The translations under genes were made by a program, and so were the position numbers. A stretch of 46,237 nucleotides of DNA, from contig KZ539094.1 of NCBI GenBank assembly GCA_000934665.2, positions 1 through 46,237 of the forward strand, written 5' to 3'. Below, piece after piece: positions 37,610 to 46,237 of the stretch. Each line of letters opens with the position of its first letter. Positions within the stretch are counted from its first letter, which is position 1. The notes under the pieces were generated by a model that was not told the DNA's origin, did no database searches, and worked only from the letters and a program-made list of their open reading frames with translations. Source of the DNA: Catajapyx aquilonaris (taxonomy: Eukaryota).

Positions 37610-37934
37610 TGTCTTCACTAAGGCGTGGGGACGTGAAAATTCAACTTTTCGAAGCGAGTGTAAACTAACCTAACCTAACCTAACCTAACCTACCCTACCC
37701 TACCCTAACCTACACTTACTAACTAACCTAGGCTGAGAAAAATTGACTTTTGTGAAACCCTACAACTGAAAATTAGTGGGGACATGTCCCCACTAATTTA
37801 CACATGTCCCCACTCTAATAGTACACAGTGTGTGTGAAACACTGTGGGGACCGAGAAATGTCCCCACAATGCGGACTAGTCCCCACAGCTTCAGTAGAAA
37901 CACAGACTTACGTCCCCAGACCTTATTGAAGACA
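37610..37934. mobile_element. Non-autonomous DNA element in a (CA)n context with GTGGGGAC subterminal repeats (CACTA/EnSpm-like)
   Basis: TIRs TGTCTTCACTAAGG..TGGGGACGT / ACGTCCCCA..CCTTATTGAAGACA, about 8 GTGGGGAC/GTCCCCAC motifs, and internal (TAACC)n. Confidence 0.7.
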
Positions 37935-38162
37935 TGAACACACAAAACAAAACAAAACAAAACAAAAAAACATTTTCTAGTGCACACTTGGATGTCAACA
38001 TCTTTTGATCGGAAATGGGAATTTTGATATTGTAAAGTCCTTTTAGCAATGAGGGATAACAATATACCGCCTTAAGCTTTACTTGACTTTAATTGATGTA
38101 AACATTGCTTCGTATGGAATGTGTTACCAAAATATACTAATATCCAATCTGATCTACTTCAG

Positions 38163-38828
38163 GCCACCTCATGACCCATATCGTGGAGGAGGTCCCCCGA
38201 ATGACTTTGATCACTGGTATGACCCCAATTATCAGTTTGACAAATACCACTCTCAGAGGGGTGCCCTGCTACCAACTTTCATGGATCTCAATCAGGCAGA
38301 GGTTCCACCTGAGGGCCCAGACACTGACATAGAATTTCCAGTTGTGGGTCCATCCATTTTATCGGATATCCAGCAGGAGTGTGGGAAAACGATAAATATT
38401 GATGGAGTGGCTCGTGAGGTACGCTTTTATGGGCCAACTGCTGTAGTGATGCTGAATTGGGATGACCCTCGCGAGCTGTGCTTTGATCGTCAGCCTTCAA
38501 TTGCGATATGGGATGAGTCGGAGAGCGTCGAATGCATTGTTGGAGGTGATGAGCGTGAGTTCACCCTTAATGGACGCAAGCATCACATCCGTTTGGGAGC
38601 ACCAACAAGAGAGCTTTATGTTGATGGGCGCTTTTATGAGTGTTACTTTGGTGGGGCACCTATTAAGGTAGAGATAGATGGCAAGCCACACAGTGTACGG
38701 CTTAGTGGCCCACCTCCAAGAGTGAGGATAGGGGAGACCAGGAGGAGTGATCTTGTACTTGCCAAGATAAGCCTCATAATCAATGCACAAGACATGGTCG
38801 GGGTCTATCTTGATGGGAAGCCACAAAG
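38163..38828 (+). CDS. Pcf11: Pcf11 coding exon I
   Basis: tacttcag|G and AG|gtaagt, 666 nt, phase 2-2. Encodes TINIDGVAREVRFYG...IRLGAPTRELYVDGRFYECYFGG. Confidence 0.92.
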
Positions 38829-38909
38829 GTAAGTGTGTGACATTTTTGTGTAAATGTTCCAGACTTCAGTGTCATTGATTACCCATATAGATGAACATAG
38901 TGTAACTTA

Positions 38910-39064
38910 CAGTTGGTTAAAGGAGTATCTTTCCATACCAGGCCTAAAAATTAGCCTCCAACAGAGGTGCAGCCTAGGGGAGTGAGTCATTGCATCAGGG
39001 GGAGGCACCTCTGTTGGAGGCTAATTTCTCGCCTGGTGTGGAAAGATACGCCTTTAACTGACTG
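38910..39064. mobile_element. Hairpin MITE in the short intron between exons I and J
   Basis: TA|CAGTTGGTTAAAGGAGTATCTTTCCATACCAGGC ... GCCTGGTGTGGAAAGATACGCCTTTAACTGACTG|TA, arms of about 60 bp. Confidence 0.85.
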
Positions 39065-39256
39065 TAAAGTAGCTGTAATGGAATATAATTTTAGTTTCAT
39101 ATCACAATTTCAGGTAATTGAAAAACATTGGTAAAGATTACTCTCTCAAGTGCCTGTGCTGTGTATTGTGACAATACTGGGAACTTAATTTCTATAGAGC
39201 TACCAAAGTGATTATGGAAAGCATTTTTGGTAATGTTTTGAATATCTTAAATTTAG

Positions 39257-39594
39257 ATTTGACATCGCTGGAAAGCCCCACGTGCTCCGGTTTGCTGACT
39301 GCTTCAGTACAGTGGTGATAAATGGCCGCGCATATCCTGTAGAATTTGGAGGCCTCCCAATGGGGGTGATGGTACGTGGACGAAAGCACTTTGTCCGGTT
39401 TACTGCCCTGCCCAGGAATGTCCGCCAAGGACATGCCAAGGTGATTGGGATGATGCGCACACCTTTGGGTATGATCGCTGGAGGGAGTGGAGCAGAGGAA
39501 GAGTGCCTTTCACCCAACAGTGGGGGAGAGGGTGCATCAGATGAAACAGGAGTACAGGGTGAAGTTGGTCATGACCCTGTTATGCCAATGATCG
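39257..39594 (+). CDS. Pcf11: Pcf11 coding exon J (last one detected; gene continues)
   Basis: aaatttag|A (phase 2) and G|gtaagt (phase 1). Encodes FDIAGKPHVLRFADCFSTVVINGRAYPVEFGGLP. No stop codon is reached. Confidence 0.9.
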
Positions 39595-40299
39595 GTAAGT
39601 GTTTTCAAAATATTTAGATTGTGGGTGTAATGTTGATTGTTGCACGTTGCTTCAATGTATGGGCATTCACAGCTGCCTTGCCAAGAGTTAACCCAATATT
39701 GAAAAGGAAACGATCAGATTAAAGAGGCATAAAGTCTCACAAATAAGACAGCATGGAGCTGGGCTTGTTTAACTGTGATTGCACAAATAATTGGCTTAGA
39801 ATGGGGTTTTTAAGTAAATTAACTACAGCTAAAATGTAACTGCAATTTTCCCATACTTAAAAAAAGGACCCCTTCCAAGATTGATGTTATTCTTGGTATG
39901 GATAATTTGTATGGAAGTTGTTGCTAACAATAATACTGCAGATGAAAAAGTTAAACTTAGTTTTTCAGCATCTCTTGTCAAAGTTGTGAAAACATTAGTT
40001 GGAAACTGGTGATTTTGCCACGTTTTGCACTTGATGTGGCCACAAAGCATTAGAAACCAGTCCAGATTTTTAATTTGAACTTTTATGGAATTGGTATGTG
40101 ATGTCCAATTTTTAAAGTTGTATATTGCCTAATTAAACTTATTTATATATTAAATGCTGGTTGAACAATGTAACAACACTTCAAGTGGAGTATTACTATG
40201 TGGAATCATGCTTATGCATATTTAAAATTTTGTTAAAATCATTGTGCATGAACAATATGCTACTCAAAAAAATCGGTTATCATGTACCATATCCATAAA

Positions 40300-42060
40300 A
40301 AGTAACAAAAATTGTGCAAGGTTCCTGACACATTTTGCAGCAATTTTAAGTCTGAACAAATTGCACATTCACAAATTTTAAGCTCATGTTTTAACTATTC
40401 AGAAAACAGCTATTGAAGAATTGCATTTCACTTTTTCATCTAATATGATTAGGAACAACTTCCACTAAGCATTATCGATACCACGGCCAAGATCAATCCT
40501 GGAAGGGATTCTTTCATGCTGAATGCGCTTACTTCTGCTTACTTCTAATGTGGTGGACCTTCATGGCCTGTATCCTATATATCTTTCTCACATCACAATA
40601 AGCATCAATGGCACCAATGACAAAAGAAAAAAACAAAACACATGGACTATGAACACAACAGGCTATTTGCACCTGGTTGTAATAATTTCAATGGGCTCTT
40701 CTCTAATGAAATCTTCTACATCACAACAGCCACGTGCTTCCCAACATGCAATTGTTTTCAGTTAGTAGTTGTAAAAAATTATTAGACACTCATAATGGAA
40801 CCTTCCAAAAATTCAAGTTGCAGAACTTATCCAGATTTAGTGCAAACCAAAGAGCTTATAATTGCATCAAGAGAGGGAAAAACGAGCTGGTAGCATAGCA
40901 ACGGTGTCTCCAATCGACTGACCTACCATCTGGCGGAGTCGACAGCCAAACTCAAGACTGTATTGTAATTTGTACAATACGGTAGATCGAAGCAGTGCTG
41001 GAAAGATGGCAATAAAAACCCCAGTGGTTGGAAATAAGTCATACGTAATAGTGTACCTGCCGATTTAAAAAAAAAATGAAGACAAAACACGTGTGTAGAG
41101 GATAAATATCACATATATTACATGTTTTACATACATATGCATCATTCATTATTACAACGAGCATAAAACTTGATTGCTGGGGGTGGGAAGCAGCTCACAG
41201 AGGCTATAGCTTCGGTAGGAAGGTCTACCCCACGGTCCACGCTGGTTCCACCCTCAGTGGTCACAAGGAAGTCATGTCTTCCTGAGAGTCTGCACCAGTC
41301 ATTAAAAAGCTGTGGCTCCTTTGAGACCCGCAAAAAATGTGATCCCAGCCCCAGTGCGCGAACAGCTGTAGCGGGCGGCGCACAACCTGCTAGGCGAATA
41401 CCGGCGAATAAACTCACCTCTCTCGGCCGGAGGACGGACAGGTTGGCCACCAGCTGCACCGAATATCAGTTTCGTGTCCAAAAATTAGTGTCTTAACCGC
41501 ATACAACCTCACATATGTTAGTTTTAAGATTAATAACTCTTAATTATGTGCATCTTGTATTTTAAAAACCTTTTTAATTGAAATTCCACACGACAGTAGG
41601 GCCGCGTAGTGGGCCAACAGCCAAATGCATTGGCTGAAAAAGTGGTGACACTTGGAAACCGTGTTTTCCCCTCTCTTGATGCAATTATAAGCTCTTTGGT
41701 GCAAACATTCCTTGTGGTATGAGTAGGCCATTTGCAAAATATTAGATGCCTATCACCATGGGAATGGGAGGAGATAAGGAAAAGGCTCATGATACCACTA
41801 TTAGACTCTTGATGTGAATGAAGCTTATTCAGAGCAAAAGTTGCATTGTTAAAATTGTTTAAAAAGGGCAACAATAATTTCACCAAATGACAAATAAGTA
41901 TACTCTTGAGTTTTGACCAACACCAATACCCCCTTCTATATTAATTTGTATGGCGTGGTCATGGAAAATGAAGTATTGTTACATTTTAAAATCATATTTG
42001 TGATAAACCTCCCAAAAGCCTGCATATGTGACACTCCTAATGTACCAATACCATCTCTAC
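40300..42060 (-). pseudogene. Heavily decayed piggyBac-type transposase remnant, interrupted by a MITE; boundaries approximate
   Basis: Minus-strand motifs in piggyBac order: LHFxD-like (about 41965), KLLLPFLNNFN (about 41870), CTKSG*VLQLEFLEG (40844-40800), frameshifted DNFFT-like (about 40775) and RID(H)WP-like (40500-40483). Confidence 0.55.
40847..41699. mobile_element. MITE with TIRs of about 35 bp and an apparent 6-bp TSD
   Basis: TGCAAA|CCAAAGAGCTTATAATTGCATCAAGAGAGGG ... CCCTCTCTTGATGCAATTATAAGCTCTTTGG|TGCAAA. Confidence 0.85.
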
Positions 42061-42466
42061 ATGCATTGAGGTCGGACCAAATGACATCAATGATGAAAAT
42101 GCATTCTGCACGCACCAGTCCACAAACCGAATGTGGGCTTATCATTTTTGAAATCTTTTCTGTGTGTCAATCAGTGCCACCAAAAATAGTTTGCATTACA
42201 ATGGTGTAAGTCAAAACTGTAAAAACTGTATAGTAATGCAGATGCACCTGTCTTCATTTCCTTTGATACTATGTATATGATTGCATGAAAATAACTTGCA
42301 TTTGCTTGTGCTAGAACATTGGTTACCATGAGAAACTGAAGCAGGCGGACACCAGTAGTACATTCAGAATGCAATTAATTTTGATGTATTTGAATGCATA
42401 GTGTGGAAGACACCTGTGTATGATGTTGGGTCTGTCTTTGTTGGTGTATGGTTAATTGCTTCTATA

Positions 42467-42745
42467 CAGGGTGTATCAGATTCATGGGTCAAGCACGCAC
42501 GAGGGTGTGGGGGAAAATCGTAGGTGGCGATAACCCCGGTCGGTTTTATAAAACAATTAGAAATATGGCAGTACTCAATTTATTTATTAAGGCTATATGC
42601 TGTGACGTTACGCCGTATTGCCGTAATAAAAAATCGATTACTCCCTTATTTCTAATTGTTTTATAAAACTGACCGGGGTTATCGCCACCTATGATTTTTC
42701 CCCACACCCTCGTGCATGCTTGACCCGTGACTCTGATACACCCTG
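42467..42745. mobile_element. Tc1/mariner-type MITE with near-perfect arms of about 100 bp
   Basis: TA|CAGGGTGTATCAGA...AACAATTAGAAATA / TATTTCTAATTGTT...TCTGATACACCCTG|TA. Confidence 0.9.
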
Positions 42746-42879
42746 TATATGCTTGCACGCACTTATCATTTACTTCTATGTTGGCTTTCTGTAGTTTGGC
42801 ACGCACGTTCGTTGAAGCATATGCCGACCAATGGCTTTCCAGTCCTCTCACCCATCAACCACCAAATCATCCCCCACCA

Positions 42880-43270
42880 CAACAACTCCTATCACAACAA
42901 CTCCTACCCCAACAACCAGTATCACGACAACTCCTACCCCAACAACCAGTATCATGACAACTCCTACCCCAACAACCAGTATCATGACAACTCCAATCCC
43001 AACAACCANNNNNNNNNNNNNNNNNNNNNNNNNNNNNNNNNNNNNNNNNNNNNNNNNNNNNNNNNNNNNNNNNNNNNNNNNNNNNNNNNNNNNNNNNNNN
43101 NNNNNNNNNNNNNNNNNNNNNNNNNNNNNNNNNNNNNNNNNNNNNGTACCCCGACAACTCGTACCCCGACAACTCGTACCCCGACAACTCGTACCCCGAC
43201 AACTCGTACCCCGACAACTCGTACCCCGACAACTCGTACCCCAACAACTCGTACCCCAACAACCCCTATC
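42880..43270. repeat. 15/30-bp minisatellite (ACAACTCGTACCCCG) spanning an assembly gap
   Basis: About 8 tandem 15-mers after the gap and 30-mer dimers (ACAACTCCTACCCCAACAACCAGTATCATG) before it. Confidence 0.92.
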
Positions 43271-43739
43271 AAGACAAATCTTATCACTACGACCCCTATG
43301 ACTGCAACAACTTCTGCCCCAAAACCCGCCGCTTCAAAACCTATTACCCCAAAGCCCCTCGCCCCAAACTCCCCCAGCCCAACAACCCCCACCTCACTAA
43401 TTACGACCAACCCTGCCAGAGGTTTGCTTTGGGCAGATGTAGCAGGCAATCTGGGACAAGCTGGTTTCAATGGTACCCAGGTGAGGGAACTATTATTTCT
43501 TCTAGCACGCCTTATTTGTTATATGTTGCTTGGGTTTTGGAAAGTGGGTACTCACTCTCCTACTAAGGCCCCTAGTCTGGTGTCCGAGGGTACGAGCCCC
43601 AGAAACAGTGGGGTAGCCTCTCCCCGGTGAACAGTTGGCCAAACGCGTGAATGCTTGGACAATGGCTCCCACTCCACGTGTATTTGTCATGATGGGGTCG
43701 CAACTTTCTTCTGATTTCAAAGACAAAAAGTAGCGAATT

Positions 43740-43952
43740 CCACTTTGAATGACACACCAAACGAACGCCTAGATTCCCCAGTTATAGATTCACTTTGTTT
43801 TAAGTGCACATACTTGCACCGTTTGTCAGGATAGCATACTGCTACCCTGAGAAATGTGACCTTTTAGAAAAATGTGGCATTATGTCGCATTGAAACGAAT
43901 TGAGTCTGTAACTGGGGAGTCTAGTCTTTCGTTTAATGTGTAATTTGAAGTG
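43740..43952. repeat. Diverged fold-back element
   Basis: AAACGAACGCCTAGATTCCCCAGTTATAGATTCA is inverted relative to TGAGTCTGTAACTGGGGAGTCTAGTCTTTCGTTT. Confidence 0.7.
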
Positions 43953-44539
43953 AAATGCTATTGTGAAATCCGCAACTTCTCATATTTAAAAGGAGAGAAA
44001 TGTTATGATATGCACGTAATGGAACCCTCTACAAAAGAACGACTGACACCGGCATTTCAAGGTCACATAAAAATTGCTGCATGAGAGTAAGAAGTACTTA
44101 GCCAGAGGTATTTTATGCACAACAAAATCCGGATGAGCCTGAATTTGGAAATGTGGTGACCTTTCTTCCATGACCATTTGAAGCTGACTGAATAGACACA
44201 AAAAGGAGGCAGGGGTGGGGTGGGGGGTGGGGGGCTGGGATACCTGCCCCAAAAGTCTCCTCACCTGCTCCTCGCTGGGGAGCCTCGGATAGCGGCTACC
44301 ACCCGTCCCCCTTCCTGCCGCTCCTGTCACGTGACAGCGCGCCTAAAGAGGCGGGGTATGAATTATTATACTCCCGATTATCCAGGTGTGGATTTTTTTT
44401 TTTTGTGTTGCGGATTATTTATGCATTCCCAAGACCAAAAGTTAGGAATAAGTCCAACAGAAAGTCAATATGTCACGCACACACAAAATTTAACATTTCT
44501 TGTAGAAAACCATCTAAAAATCAATGGTAAATGGTGTTA

Positions 44540-45194
44540 CAGTCAAATCCCGATACCTCAAATACCGATAACTCGGGATTCTCCATATACTGTAATGAAA
44601 ATTGAATTCCGATAATTCGAATTTGTATAACTCAATTTTCTCGATAAGGCGAATATCTTTGTTAACTTCACAGCACTGTCACTATTAATAAGTTGAATTT
44701 TGTCAACACCAGGGAATTTCCAAGTTGGGCAAACATGTGGTATGATTCATTCGTGGAGATTTCCACCCCAGCTGGTTAATATTCTCAATAAGCTGCAAAG
44801 GACGAATGCACAAAGCCTTCTGATTCAAGCCACATGTTTTAAGCTCCCTTTCCTGTAGGTAGTGACTCACGCATTCCTTTGCGGTGGTGGCATGCCTTTT
44901 GCCTCAGAGCAGTCAGAGCTCAGAGGCTACACAGTAAGTACATGTAGTAAATTCTGTACTACTGTACAGTGACAAGGTTAGTAAACTACTGTACTGTACT
45001 GCACAGTGCTGTTATAACCCCTAAAACGGGTTTCAGCACTATAAAAGCAATAAACAATACTGTACACTATACAGATACAGTACACGACATACTGCAGGTG
45101 TTTAATTTGTGCGGATGCTGTTTTCCCCACCACATTCGATCAGTCGAATTTTTTCCTCGGTCCCATGGCAGTTCGAGTTATCGGGATTTGACTG
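44540..45194. mobile_element. pogo/Tigger-like MITE
   Basis: TA|CAGTCAAATCCCGATACCTC ... GAGTTATCGGGATTTGACTG|TA, with GATAACTCG subterminal repeats. Confidence 0.85.
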
Positions 45195-45380
45195 TATTTT
45201 AATTAAACCTAATTTAAAGCAGCATACACTCTGTACAGTAGTTAATTTTAAACCTGTGGATAGCTCTTTTTATGATATCTAGGGCCATTTTCATTGTATC
45301 TGTGTTTTCCTGATTATCTGGGCACATGTGTGCAATTAATTAGCACGGATAATCAGGAGTACAATGTTACTCACATTTTC

Positions 45381-45721
45381 TGGCTTTACCATTGCCTTCC
45401 CCAAGCCAAGAAACTTCTATGTCACAAAAATCTCACCATGATCGACTTGAGACATGTGCCTTATCCCTCGCTATCACACATTGGGAGGGAATAGGTACCT
45501 CATGTCTGGGGCAGCTGCGCACCTGCATCGTAGAGCCCCCAAACCCGCCAAACTTTGAGGTAGCTGCCCCAACCACGACCACGCCCCATCGAGGTAAGGC
45601 CCCACCGCCACCCCCGATGGGGTAACGGGAAGGGCTAGCAGACTCCCGATGCGAGGACCGTACCCCCTCTAATGAGACTGGGATAGCCTATCCCCGGAGA
45701 CCAGACTAAGGGCCTAAGTCT
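45381..45721 (-). mobile_element. Probable RTE-clade LINE 5'-UTR fragment, highly structured
   Basis: GC-rich multi-hairpin block followed on the minus strand by GGGGAAGGCAATGGTAAAGCCA, resembling the GGAGAAGG(C/A)AATGGCAAMCCAC motif of RTE/Bov-A 5' regions (from memory). Confidence 0.5.
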
Positions 45722-45780
45722 ATGCCTGCATACTGTCAATTCAGTGTATGTTATAGTTTGTTCCTCTTTGGATTGTATTC

Positions 45781-46237
45781 AACAACAACAACAACATCAC
45801 GACATTTCCCTATGAGGGGTAGTCAGCGATGAAGGGAGACGCAAGCTAACCCAACAATGAACTAATAAAACTCATGAGAATAAACCTAAAAACAACCTGT
45901 CCCACCCCCCACCCCTGCCCACCTCAGACATCACCTTATCGTCAGACATATTTACCTATTTACCAATTAATTAACCTACGCCATTTACACCTATCCAAAC
46001 AAACAACCCTAGCCTCAGCCATGTACATGGTCCTATTGACACAATAACGTCTCGGCTTAACACTAGCAACACCCTTAAGACACCGACCCACCTGGTCCAA
46101 CCATGTCTTCCTAGGCCTGCCCTTGCCCCTCTTACCAACGACTCCACCCAAATAAACCTTCTTCACAATCTCCTCCTCCTTCATCCTCTCCACATGGCCA
46201 AACCACCTTAGAGTAGACCTACACACCTTATCTTTAA
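45781..46237 (-). mobile_element. 3' end of a non-LTR retrotransposon (RTE-like), running off the window
   Basis: ORF end LRWFGHVERM...KVYLGGVVGKRGKGRPRKTWLDQV...DRCKWRRLI, then a short 3' UTR and a (TTG)5 tail at 45781-45795. Confidence 0.9.

Noticed and set aside
37666..37710. True telomere or chromosome-fusion scar
   Set aside because: Only 9 units in one orientation, enclosed by transposon TIRs.
40300..42060. Domesticated PGBD gene nested antisense in the intron
   Set aside because: Multiple stops, frameshifts, deletions and a MITE insertion indicate a dead fossil.
43146..43262. CRISPR-like array
   Set aside because: The repeats are tandem with no unique spacers, the context is eukaryotic, and there are no cas genes.
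42749..43630. 293-aa and overlapping mucin-like ORFs
   Set aside because: They are produced by a stop-free minisatellite and N gap in several frames on both strands, with no supporting splice context.
39595..46237. Further Pcf11 exons (Clp1-binding region, zinc fingers)
   Set aside because: No phase-1 exon with recognisable motifs was found, and the region is dominated by repeats. A small exon could have been missed.

Overview
This is eukaryotic, arthropod-like genomic DNA. The whole window lies inside one large + strand gene, a Pcf11 orthologue (Pol II CTD-binding cleavage/termination factor). Ten coding exons (2499-39594, 4006 nt, about 1335 codons) chain together with canonical GT-AG sites and consistent phases. 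One of them (14373-14501) is not in the ORF track. The first exon and the C-terminal Clp1-binding/zinc-finger exons were not found and presumably lie outside the window. The introns are packed with transposon debris: decayed mariner, piggyBac, Helitron and RTE-like LINE fragments, six tRNA-derived SINE copies with target-site duplications (TSDs) plus one 5'-truncated copy, and many fold-back MITEs, often nested. I found no convincing new multi-gene system. The best leads are a candidate HDV-like ribozyme in an RTE-type 5' end, a modular head/body/tail-swapped SINE set, and repeat structure within the Pcf11 protein. All calls were made by eye without alignment tools.
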